Positions 11,178-19,796 of a DNA stretch of 64,000 nucleotides are shown here, piece by piece (position 1 is the first letter of the stretch; each line of letters starts with the position of its first letter). Both the position numbers and the translations under genes were made by a program. The notes below the pieces were generated by a model, which was given only the letters and a program-made list of their open reading frames with translations, had not been told where the DNA came from and searched no databases. Origin of the DNA: an uncultured Planctomycetaceae bacterium (GTDB lineage: Bacteria; Planctomycetota; Planctomycetia; Planctomycetales; Planctomycetaceae); the NCBI GenBank assembly GCA_963815195.1, contig CAWFGE010000011.1, forward strand, positions 1-64,000, given 5' to 3'.

Positions 11178-12158
11178 TCAGAATTCTGTCTCGTTCGCTA
11201 AATCACTTGCAGCCATTCGCTCGTTGACTTCGGCCAGTCGGGGAAATGCGGCCTGAGTCCCGATGCGAGTGACGGTCAGTGCGGCGACGGTGCTGGCTCG
11301 ACGGCCCGCCTCTCGCAATGACATTCCCTCAGCGAGCGACACGGCCAGAGCCGCCGTGAAGGCGTCGCCCGCACCAGTGGTGTCCAGGGCATCAACCTTC
11401 ACCACCGGGATTTGCGTGGCGTCGGTGTCGTTTGCGACGAAGGCACCGTTGCCCCCCATCGTAAGAGCAACGGACTTCACCCCACGCAACATGAGCAACG
11501 TCGCCGCGGCGTATGCATCATCACGAGTATTGACTGGTTGCCCGACGAGAACTTCAATCTCAATCCTGTTCGGTACGCACACATCACAGAGGCGTAAAAG
11601 CTCATCCGGCAATTCCACAACTGGTGCCGGCGTGAGAATCGTTAATTTTCCCGCCGCCCGAGCCAAGCGAAACGCTTCCAGAGTCGCATCGAGCGGTGTT
11701 TCGAGTTGACAGACAACGGCATCGGCGTTCTGAATGACAACTGACGCATGCCTCACATCATCAGGCGTCAGCTCCGCATTGGCACCGGGCACCACGATGA
11801 TGCAATTCTCGGCCTTGTCATCAACGATAATTGCTGCGGTGCCAGTCGGCGAATTCGCGACTTGACGAATGAACTCGGTGTTGATCCCTTCGGCTTGATA
11901 CTGGCGAACGGCTTCCGCTCCTAACGAGTCGTTGCCGAGGCACGCCACGAATGCGACATCGGCACCCAGCCTCGCGGCGGCGACCGCCTGATTCGCTCCC
12001 TTACCTCCCATGCCATGATGCAGAGAATGACCCGTCACGGTTTCACCCGCCTGGGGAAACCGCGGTGTGCGAAACGTCAGATCGACATTGGCCGAACCGA
12101 TCACGCAAATGCGGCGGGCGTTTTTCATGAGCGTTTCCATTGTCAGCGACTGATGCAC
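11178..12158 (-). CDS. rbsK: Ribokinase
   Basis: GSANVDL, GETV, GGKGANQAVAAARLG, QLET, PAP, DTTGAGDAF. Confidence 0.93.
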   Translation of the reverse strand: MHQSLTMETLMKNARRICVIGSANVDLTFRTPRFPQAGETVTGHSLHHGMGGKGANQAVAAARLGADVAFVACLGNDSLGAEAVRQYQAEGINTEFIRQVANSPTGTAAIIVDDKAENCIIVVPGANAELTPDDVRHASVVIQNADAVVCQLETPLDATLEAFRLARAAGKLTILTPAPVVELPDELLRLCDVCVPNRIEIEVLVGQPVNTRDDAYAAATLLMLRGVKSVALTMGGNGAFVANDTDATQIPVVKVDALDTTGAGDAFTAALAVSLAEGMSLREAGRRASTVAALTVTRIGTQAAFPRLAEVNERMAASDLANETEF

Positions 12159-12222
12159 CAGTCGCCTGAAAAACCAAAGAATATAATCGATGCAAAAACG
12201 GATTGTGCCATTAGCGCCAATT

Positions 12223-13677
12223 TCATTTCTCGTTTCCTTTGATGTTGCAAATCACGCGTTGATAGAATGTTAAGGGCGGCGTACCGTTGTCGGTCGCTTC
12301 GAGAATGATGTGGATTTGCTTGCCGGGTTCATCGGGCACGACAAAGCTGGCATCGTCCGGCGAGTCGCTTTTGGATAGAGTCACATTCGTCGCCACCGAG
12401 TCCGCTTCGGAATACTGCCACCACCGAAACGTCAGTTCGTCGCCATCGGGATCCGTTGCTCTGGCCGCAAGTTTGACCGTTTCGCCCGGTTTCACTTCAC
12501 GCGTCAATTCTCCCCGCACATTCACGACAGGATGGTGGTTGGCTTCTTTGAACTCTTTCACGCACCAGTCGGCTCGTGCCGCAAAGTCGTTCTGGATTGC
12601 TCCGATCCAGCGCCATTGAGGCTTGAGGTAGGCAATCAACGCGGCATCGTTTGGGATCTCTTTCTTCAATCGCTGGCGGCCCCATGCCGATCCCGTGTAC
12701 CAGCGACCCGCGGGATAGTGATAGCCGGGCTCGGCCACAGGATCGAGCCACATGTTTTCACGAACCTTGACAAAACGCCCGCCCCAGCCGCCCCAGTCCG
12801 GTGACTCATCGCTCCGCAGGCCGTTCGGGATGTTGAAGAGGAATGCGGGCGAATCCCCTTCAGATCGGAAATCGCCTTCGTTGAATCCGTTGTCGCCCTT
12901 CACGTGAGCCTTATATAACGAGCACAGCGGGCCGTGGTCCTCCAGGATGTTGGCCTTCATCCATGAGCTGACCAAATAGGCCTGCTGCTCCGCCGGGATG
13001 TACTTCTTCCAGTGGTAAAATAGGGCGATGAACTGATCGGAAATGACTGTCTGAATGCCGAATTTGCCCCAGTGTGGCCGGATGGACTTCTGGTATGTCT
13101 CATCCTGCTCCCAGATGAAATAGAAGCGGATTTTCTTCGCGACCTCGGCCATCCTCTCGGGATGTTGTTCTTCAATCGTTTTCAGTGCCCGAGCAATGGT
13201 GTTTGTCCCGCCCCAGGCCTGAATCCAGACGGGACGTTCGTCCGACTCATCCAGCAGCACCTCAACAATCCGCTTAGAACCTGCGGTGACCTCGTCCATT
13301 TCCCCTTCGGCCTTCACGTTTCCGAGTAGCGTCCGGGCCTGAAGAAACTTTGGTGTGGGATAACGTGGGTCGTGTTTGACGAGGTTCGGATAGACTTTGG
13401 CATAGGCATCCAGATAGGGATTCACCCAGTCATCGCCCGCCCACTTGTGCCCGTGCGAGTGGTACTGTGAACTGGAAGTGATGATCCCCTCGACGTCGAA
13501 TTCGTTCGCGTAAAGCAGAAAACGAACCATCGAACACTCATCGTCGATTTCGCCATCGGTCGTGACGATCACGCGCGGTTTGTTCGAAGCCATTAGCGTG
13601 CAATCGGCCAGTGCGAGCGACGCCAGTGCGATGAGCACCAATCGGATTCTCGTGGTGTGAAATGGACTACTGCTCAT
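12223..13677 (-). CDS. Secreted DUF1593 protein with C-terminal Ig/REJ-like domain
   Basis: Signal peptide; RVIVTTDGEIDDECS, QAWGGTNT, SEGDSP, WGGWGGRF, QNDFAARADW, DPDGD, DNGTP. Confidence 0.9.
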   Translation of the reverse strand: MSSSPFHTTRIRLVLIALASLALADCTLMASNKPRVIVTTDGEIDDECSMVRFLLYANEFDVEGIITSSSQYHSHGHKWAGDDWVNPYLDAYAKVYPNLVKHDPRYPTPKFLQARTLLGNVKAEGEMDEVTAGSKRIVEVLLDESDERPVWIQAWGGTNTIARALKTIEEQHPERMAEVAKKIRFYFIWEQDETYQKSIRPHWGKFGIQTVISDQFIALFYHWKKYIPAEQQAYLVSSWMKANILEDHGPLCSLYKAHVKGDNGFNEGDFRSEGDSPAFLFNIPNGLRSDESPDWGGWGGRFVKVRENMWLDPVAEPGYHYPAGRWYTGSAWGRQRLKKEIPNDAALIAYLKPQWRWIGAIQNDFAARADWCVKEFKEANHHPVVNVRGELTREVKPGETVKLAARATDPDGDELTFRWWQYSEADSVATNVTLSKSDSPDDASFVVPDEPGKQIHIILEATDNGTPPLTFYQRVICNIKGNEK

Positions 13678-15082
13678 GGGGTTTCTCCAGTGTATTGATA
13701 TTGTTTTCGGGCTTCGTGTAATCAACGAACGCCGTCGGATCAGTGCCGTTGAGGTACTCCTCGACGTTGGTGTAGCCATCGCCGTCTTTGTCCGCGGAGT
13801 GGTCGTCCGCACTGTTTGCATTCAGGCCATACTTGACTTCCCATGCATCCGGCATGCCGTCATTGTCTGCGTCGGCGGGGGTTGTCCCACCCTGCAATTC
13901 GGGCCAGCCGCCCACATCACTCGGCGTGTCGATGATTCCATTTTTTCCATAGGTCGCCTTGCCATCGCGAACGTCTTCGATGATGCGGGAGTCGATCGAA
14001 TCCCGCTCAGGCAATGAACAGCCGGCCTGTTTGAGCACAGCCAGATACGCATCCTGCGGGGATTGCTGACGAATGGGCAGGGCGTCCCAGGGCGCGGCCA
14101 GTTTCATGAAGGAACTGCCACCCATGCCCAACCAATTGTCACCGGTGACTTCCGGAGAACCCTCGACAAAATTGTCTGCCACATACCAGTTGCCGTAATC
14201 GTCATCGCCGCGGGACGAAGGCTTCGCAATACGATCCCTCACGTCGTTTCGCGTGGCGGGGCCGGGTTTGTAGTAGTTGGCCACCATGTTAATGGTCGAG
14301 TGCTCGATAGGTGGCTTTCGCCGATCGCCTTTTTGATGGGCTTCGGCGCCATAACAACTTTCATATCCCCAGTTGTACAGCACGTTGTTGCGGTAATCGT
14401 TGTAGCCACAGCCCGAGGCCCAGCGGGGGTTACGACTGTCATTGTGAGCAATCAGATTGTGATGATAGGTGCCGCGATGGTTTCCCCAGATGCCGCCGAA
14501 GCGATGCGACCCATCGGCCTTGGCGCAGGCTTCCGTGATCATGCACCATTGAATCGTGACATCTTCATTGTGGTACAGGGATAGCACCTCGTCGCTGCTC
14601 CAACTGGTCGACAGGTGATCCAAAATGATGTTCTTCTTGTATCTTCCGCCGACCGCGTCACCCTCGTGGTCGGTTCTTACCCGGAGATACCGAATCACGA
14701 CATCATTGGCATCAATGCCGAGATTGCCTTTGATCGTGATTCCATCTCCCGGTGCCGTCTGCCCAGCGACTGTTATATGATCCTGTCGGATTCTCACATC
14801 TCCATCGATCGTGCCCGCCACCTTGAAGACGACGATTCGCGGTCCCTGGGCCTCACACGCCGCTTGAAGGCTGCCCGGTCCCGAGGCATTGAGGTTGGTC
14901 ACCGCAATCACCTTGCCACCACGCCCTCCGGTTGTCTTTGCGCCATAACCCTCCGCGCCGGGAAAGGCGGGCACGGCAGTCGGTGTCGAGGTCTTGGGTT
15001 GCTTATCAGCCAAAGAGGCGGAAGTGAAGAACAAACATGTCAGCATCACGGAGGCGATTCGGTTGGATGGGATCTGCGTCAT
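13667..15082 (-). CDS. Secreted pectate lyase-like protein (PL1 type)
   Basis: PAFPGAEGYG, TGGRGG, VTNL..SGPGSL, GQTAPG, IILDHLSTSWSSDE, HHNL..HNDSRNPR; C-terminal DxDxDG motifs. Confidence 0.9.
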   Translation of the reverse strand: MTQIPSNRIASVMLTCLFFTSASLADKQPKTSTPTAVPAFPGAEGYGAKTTGGRGGKVIAVTNLNASGPGSLQAACEAQGPRIVVFKVAGTIDGDVRIRQDHITVAGQTAPGDGITIKGNLGIDANDVVIRYLRVRTDHEGDAVGGRYKKNIILDHLSTSWSSDEVLSLYHNEDVTIQWCMITEACAKADGSHRFGGIWGNHRGTYHHNLIAHNDSRNPRWASGCGYNDYRNNVLYNWGYESCYGAEAHQKGDRRKPPIEHSTINMVANYYKPGPATRNDVRDRIAKPSSRGDDDYGNWYVADNFVEGSPEVTGDNWLGMGGSSFMKLAAPWDALPIRQQSPQDAYLAVLKQAGCSLPERDSIDSRIIEDVRDGKATYGKNGIIDTPSDVGGWPELQGGTTPADADNDGMPDAWEVKYGLNANSADDHSADKDGDGYTNVEEYLNGTDPTAFVDYTKPENNINTLEKPHEQ

Positions 15083-15203
15083 GAGATGTCCTATGGTAAA
15101 TAGGGGGGCTGGTGATCTTCGAAATTGCATTTCCTGTTTGATGGTAGGAAGCTCATGGTCGTCTGTCGGTGAGCTCGCTAGCGGATACTCTGCTGCCGTT
15201 TCT

Positions 15204-16607
15204 TCATTTGATATTGAAAATGATGCGCTGGTAACCCACGAGAGACGGCGTACCGTTGTCGGTCACTTCGAGAATGATTTGAATCTGTTTGCCGGGTTCG
15301 TTCGGCACCTCAAAACTGGCCTTGTCCAGCGATTCACTGTTCACGATGGTTACGGCGGCCTTAGCGGAATCGGCATCGGCGTATTGCCACCATTTGGAAG
15401 TGAGCTTGTTGCCATCGGGATCGGTAGCGGTCGCCGTGAGCTTTACGGTCTCTCCAGGCTTCACCTCGCGCTGGTAAGGGCCGTTGACTTTCGCGACGGG
15501 CGCGTGGTTGGCTTCCTTGAAGTCTTTGACGCACCAATCCATGCGGGCCGCAAAATCGTTTTGCGCTGCGGGAACCCAGCGCCAATACATCTTGTTGCGA
15601 TTGCCGTCCTCCTCAAGTTTGTTGTCGGTGAGATGATTGGGAAACTTCGGATCGTCGTAAGCAGATCGTCCACCCCAACCGCCGAGCGTGTAATCGCGGT
15701 GTGCCTCCAGGCCGTTGTTCACCAGGTGCAGGAACGACGGCGTGTCGCCTTCGCTGATGTATTTCTGGGGAGTCATCGCGCCGAGCGGACCATGGCCGAC
15801 CTTGACGTTCACATCCAGCCAGGCGGGTTTCATGTATTCCTGAATCTCGGGCGGATTCGAACTGAGTTTGCCCTTGGCACGGGCGTTGTCGTGGCTCTCG
15901 TAGTCCCAAACGTTGTCCCAGCGGTAGGCTTCGTTGATGTACGCCTGCGGAATATTCTCCTGAATCCATTTGCCGCCGCCGTCCTGATACCAGATGCAGT
16001 AGATGCGGATCCGCGACGCAGCATATTCAAACTTGTCCAAAGGGTATTCCGTTTTCAGTTTCCACAACGCCGACGCCGTGGTGTTCGCGCCGCCCCAGGA
16101 GAGGACGTGAACGGGCCGCGGGTCATCGTCGAGCAGCGTGTCAATGATGAGTTGGGCACCGGGCGTGTCTTTTGTCTGCATATCCGGCGGGGCAACATAG
16201 AGATCCTTGCTGTTCTCGTTCCCGACCCGCACCACACGGCGCAAGGACTCGGTATCCGGGTAATCCGAGTTGTGTTTGCGAAGGTTCGGCAGAATCCTCT
16301 CATAGGCGTCGAGTTGGGCTTCGATCCACTTTTTGTCGCTGTGCCCGTTCTTTTGGAACCTGGAGTTGACCTGCACAATGCCCACGACATCGAAATCACA
16401 AGCATAGAGCAGGAATCGTATCATGCTGCTGCGGTCGTCCACCTCACCGTCGGTGGTGGCGATGACACGAGGCTTCCGTGATGCGTCGGCAGCCAACATG
16501 GTGCCCCGTCCAATTGTGAAGTAGCAGCTGGCCCCCAGCAGCAATCCGAGAATTTGCCAAACTCGCAAGACGTTGATGAATCGAGTGGTGCGGTCGGGTG
16601 GGTTCAT
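15204..16607 (-). CDS. Secreted DUF1593 protein with C-terminal Ig/REJ-like domain
   Basis: Signal peptide; RVIATTDGEVDDRSS, SWGGANT, SEGDTPSF, GGWGGR, QNDFAARMDW. Confidence 0.9.
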   Translation of the reverse strand: MNPPDRTTRFINVLRVWQILGLLLGASCYFTIGRGTMLAADASRKPRVIATTDGEVDDRSSMIRFLLYACDFDVVGIVQVNSRFQKNGHSDKKWIEAQLDAYERILPNLRKHNSDYPDTESLRRVVRVGNENSKDLYVAPPDMQTKDTPGAQLIIDTLLDDDPRPVHVLSWGGANTTASALWKLKTEYPLDKFEYAASRIRIYCIWYQDGGGKWIQENIPQAYINEAYRWDNVWDYESHDNARAKGKLSSNPPEIQEYMKPAWLDVNVKVGHGPLGAMTPQKYISEGDTPSFLHLVNNGLEAHRDYTLGGWGGRSAYDDPKFPNHLTDNKLEEDGNRNKMYWRWVPAAQNDFAARMDWCVKDFKEANHAPVAKVNGPYQREVKPGETVKLTATATDPDGNKLTSKWWQYADADSAKAAVTIVNSESLDKASFEVPNEPGKQIQIILEVTDNGTPSLVGYQRIIFNIK

Positions 16608-16725
16608 TTCGTTGTACCTCCGAGAACTGTTTGCCAGATAGAGCTTCCCAATTCACGAAATGCTATCCGAAAATCTGGCGAGTTCTTCCTGTTTTCGAGT
16701 CATCTCTCACGGTATCCTAATGGGA

Positions 16726-17586
16726 ATGCAGAAATTCGATAACACCCGGCCGGAGTTTTCGCCTTATGGGTTCACCTGCGAACAGTGGACTCCGGCCCGC
16801 ATGCCTCGACCGGACCGACACAGCGAGATCGAAGTCAACCTCCTTCGATCCGGTTCGCTGACGTATCTCTTCGGTGGACACCGCACCACGATCGATGCCG
16901 GTCGGCTGGCTCTCTTTTGGGCTGCAATTCCGCATCAAATCGTCGCCTTCGAGGGCGATTCACCGTATTACGTTGTGACGTTGCCGTTGAGCGAGTTCCT
17001 GCGAACGGGACTGGAATTGGACGTGGTGAATCGGATTCTTCACGGCGAGATTCTGGTCGATTCTGCCACCGACACCTGCGACGAACCCAAGTTTCAGCAA
17101 TGGGAACGCGACCTCCGAATGAGAGATGCGGCAAATGAGCGGGCGGCGCGGCTGGAAGTTCAAGCTCGGTTGCTTCGGTTGGCCTCCGGCCTATCAAAAC
17201 ACCCAACAGCACCGAAGTCGGCCCCCGATTTGTCCCGCGCCGATCAGTTGGCATGCTACATCGCGAGGAATTACCACCTACCCATCACAGCCAAATCGAT
17301 CGCTGATGCCAACGGCGTGCATCCGAACTATGCCATGACTCTCTTCCGTCAAACATTTGGCACGACGATGACCACTTTCGTCACCCAACACCGCATCTCG
17401 CATGCTCAGCGTTTGCTGGTCACCACGGACGAGGCAATCCTGAATATCGCGCTGGATGCTGGCTTTCAAAGCCTCAGTCGGTTCAACGAAGCCTTCAAAG
17501 CCGCCTGTGGGTGCTCGCCGCGCGACTATCGCAAGGCACATCGATTCGTCGAGAAGCCAATCATCGCCCCCAAGCGGATGAAGTGA
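16726..17586 (+). CDS. AraC-family transcriptional regulator (MelR-like)
   Basis: Cupin HSEIEVN...FWAAIPHQ; HPNYAM, IALDAGFQSLSRFN, SPRDYR; divergent from the sugar operon. Confidence 0.93.
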   Translation: MQKFDNTRPEFSPYGFTCEQWTPARMPRPDRHSEIEVNLLRSGSLTYLFGGHRTTIDAGRLALFWAAIPHQIVAFEGDSPYYVVTLPLSEFLRTGLELDVVNRILHGEILVDSATDTCDEPKFQQWERDLRMRDAANERAARLEVQARLLRLASGLSKHPTAPKSAPDLSRADQLACYIARNYHLPITAKSIADANGVHPNYAMTLFRQTFGTTMTTFVTQHRISHAQRLLVTTDEAILNIALDAGFQSLSRFNEAFKAACGCSPRDYRKAHRFVEKPIIAPKRMK

Positions 17587-18222
17587 CTCGCTGTTAAGCT
17601 TCCAATCTCGACCACATTTCGGCGTCGCTCGAACTGCTGGCGGTTGCATCATCCGCTGTCGGGAAGGAATTGTTGTTTAACGCAGCGGTGTTTTTCACCG
17701 CAAGCAGTTTGGCGAGAGCGAAAGTGTAGTCAAGTTGATTGCGACCAGCAGCTTCTCTGGGCGATGGATTGGCCACATTCGTAACCTGCTTCGGTCACAT
17801 CGACCGACAGCAATTGGAGAAACTCGAAACCGCAGCGCAGTCGGACAACCTTCTGCCGGTTGCGACTCACGCGAACTGCGGGAGCTGGCGGACACCGCTG
17901 GGGAAAAGACGCATCGCCGCCGGCCGTGTTTGCGTCGATCGCGAAATACGCGACCGGACTCGGAGAAAAGCGGAGATTTTTTCCCCGAAGGCGGTTTGTC
18001 CCGATCAAACTGCAGGACTCGGAACGCCAGCATTTCATCCGCGAGTCCGTTGTCGTTCAAACGTTCAAGCCAACTCGCACGGCTTTTCTCGATACAGCGT
18101 TTTTCTGCCTGCGACCGTGTTCTTCGTGAATGGCGTTGACTATGTCTGCGTCAGTCAAAATCGCTACTATTCGGCTTCAGCCAATTCCCAAAAACACGTT
18201 TCACTGTTACGAAGGAGCAATC

Positions 18223-18576
18223 ATGGCCAAGAAGAAATCGCAAGGCCCAAGCAAAAGCCAATCTGTCCGCGACTACCTCAGCGAGAATCCGAGCGCCACC
18301 GCATCCGTGGTGGTGCCCGAAATGGCCGAGCGGGGAATCAAGGTGAGCCCCGCACTGGTCAGCCAGGTCAAAAAGCGGATGAAGGAGTCCGGCCAATTGG
18401 ATGGGCAAAAAGCGGCGACGAAGAAGTCGGGAAACAAAAAGTCCAGCCCAAAGAAATCGGCCCCAGCCAACGCGCTGACGGCGGAAAATTTGGTTGAAGC
18501 GAAGAAACTGGTAAACGAATTGGGCGGAATCGACCAGGCCCGCCAGGCGCTCAAGTTCCTGGAAGAATTGGGCTGA
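18223..18576 (+). CDS. Small basic (Lys-rich) putative DNA-binding/nucleoid-like protein
   Basis: AAGGAG RBS; SKSQSVRDYLSENP...GIKVSPALVSQVK, Lys-rich linker, C-terminal AKKLVNELGGIDQARQAL helix pair. Confidence 0.8.
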   Translation: MAKKKSQGPSKSQSVRDYLSENPSATASVVVPEMAERGIKVSPALVSQVKKRMKESGQLDGQKAATKKSGNKKSSPKKSAPANALTAENLVEAKKLVNELGGIDQARQALKFLEELG

Positions 18577-18592
18577 GCCCAAGCTGGCCCAC

Positions 18593-18622
18593 AAAAATGC
18601 TCCCTTGCGGGAGCATGGTTTT
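18593..18622. terminator. Probable bidirectional terminator
   Basis: AAAA-ATGCTCCC-TTGC-GGGAGCAT-GGTTTT between convergent ORFs. Confidence 0.6.
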
Positions 18623-18746
18623 AAGCGGCCTTTTGGATTTTCTGGAGCGCTTCGATCGCGGCTTTCGCTTTTTCGATGCTGCCCAGCTTCTCCACGAACT
18701 GTCGCATTTTCAGGACGGCGTGTTCTTTGGGTTTGCTGTCGGCCAC
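18621..18746 (-). CDS. 41-aa mini-protein homologous to the C-terminus of the adjacent basic protein
   Basis: AAAGGA RBS then GTG; MADSKPKEHAVLKMRQFVEKLGSIEKAKAAIEALQKIQKAA*. Confidence 0.7.
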   Translation of the reverse strand: MADSKPKEHAVLKMRQFVEKLGSIEKAKAAIEALQKIQKAA

Positions 18747-18884
18747 CAGATTTCCTTTCTGAGAATCGCGGCTTCGGGAATCTTCCCTTTTGATCGGCAA
18801 GGGCGATTGTGGAAGTTGAACGAAGTCGGGCGGAGAGAATTACGCCCCATCTGAATTGAGCCGGGGCTGGGCCGCCCGTGGAGC

Positions 18885-19175
18885 CTAGGGTTTGTCGCCC
18901 AGTTCCGCCTGGAGTTGGTTAGCCGGCCTTTGATCTCGGCGATGATCTGCTGATGCTGCGGGTCATGGTAGGCGTTTTGGGTTTCGTGCGGATCACCGGC
19001 CAAGATCATAAAACTCCCACCGCCGAGCGGGCGACTGCTTGCGGAGGCCTCGTAATAGATCAGCTTGTGCTTCGTGGTGCGGATGCGCGTACCCTGCGAA
19101 TGACCAGCGATGAGTTTTTCGGCCGGCACGCCGGGAATCGGAAATGAGATTTGATCGTCGTGGATGTTCTTCATC
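18885..19175 (-). pseudogene. Sulfatase C-terminal remnant
   Basis: IRTTKHKLIYY...DPHETQNAYHDPQHQQIIAEIKGRL with several frameshifts; no N-terminus. Confidence 0.55.
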
Positions 19176-19222
19176 ACTGGTAGCAATGCTCCACCTCGCG
19201 CCGGGCGGCTTGGTCGTGATGG

Positions 19223-19456
19223 ATGACCCCTGCGATGCAACTGGATGTTCTGAAGCGACTGATCGCCCTGGATGCGGCGCTGGCTGGCATTGGCTTGAGC
19301 GTCAGCGAATTCGCCGCCGAGCATAAGATCGACCCGAAGACGGTGCGACGCGATCTCGATTTGCTCCGCGCGGCGGGGTGCCAGATCCCGCTGGGTTCGA
19401 CCGCATCCGGGCCACGTATTTCGGTATGCGGATCCCCGCCGAACGCTCTTCTCTGA
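19223..19456 (+). CDS. Small HTH protein (like the N-terminal HTH of WYL/PafB regulators), possibly truncated
   Basis: LSVSEFAAEHKIDPKTVRRDLDLLRAAG. Confidence 0.55.
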   Translation: MTPAMQLDVLKRLIALDAALAGIGLSVSEFAAEHKIDPKTVRRDLDLLRAAGCQIPLGSTASGPRISVCGSPPNALL

Positions 19457-19473
19457 GTGGGCCCAGGCGGAAG

Positions 19474-19517
19474 CAGGGCGATAGTTTCCATTGACGCCAA
19501 TAGAAACTATCGCCCTG
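19474..19517. repeat. 44-bp near-perfect palindrome
   Basis: CAGGGCGATAGTTTC-cATTGacgcCAATa-GAAACTATCGCCCTG. Confidence 0.85.
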
Positions 19518-19627
19518 GGGCCCCAGTCGGCCGCCTGGCGGGGATTCTGGCCTTGGGGCGGGTTCTGGGCCCCGGGCGCGCGGCGGGCCTTGGCGGGTCG
19601 CTGGGTGGTCCAGCAAAAAAGGCAAAA

Positions 19628-19672
19628 TAGCGGACCGGTTAGTTGACCACGCTTAACGGACCATAGTGGACC
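19628..19672. repeat. Four 9-bp direct repeats, putative integrase arm-type sites
   Basis: TAGCGGACC, TAGTTGACC, TAACGGACC, TAGTGGACC, about 45-90 bp from the tRNA 3' end. Confidence 0.6.
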
Positions 19673-19715
19673 AAATTGGCTTGTCCTAAGTCCTTTGTAT
19701 TTCTTGGTTTAGGAG

Positions 19716-19789
19716 TGGTCCCGACAGGACTCGAACCTGTAACTTCTACCTTGTAAGGGTAGCACTCTAGCCGATTGAGTTACGGGACC
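19716..19789 (-). tRNA. tRNA-Val (anticodon TAC), CCA not encoded
   Basis: Minus strand GGTCCCGTAACTCAATCGGCTAGAGTG-CTACC-CTTACAA-GGTAG-AAGTTACAGGTTCGAGTCCTGTCGGGACCA folds as a cloverleaf. Confidence 0.97.
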
Positions 19790-19796
19790 GTGGGGT

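Larger units (their letters stand above)
1..19716. mobile_element. Right arm of a putative genomic island/ICE remnant integrated at the 3' end of tRNA-Val; extends left beyond the window
   Basis: Abuts the tRNA 3' end; four TA(G/A)(C/T)(G/T)GACC direct repeats at 19628-19672; accessory and degraded content. No integrase or second att copy seen in the window. Confidence 0.6.

Noticed and set aside
12190..12222. Sigma-54-like TGGCAC...TTGC upstream of rbsK
   Set aside because: Spacing between the -24 and -12 elements does not fit the strict consensus.
17590..18200. Several overlapping ORFs downstream of araC
   Set aside because: None has a recognisable domain or convincing start; possibly degraded DNA, but not supportable.
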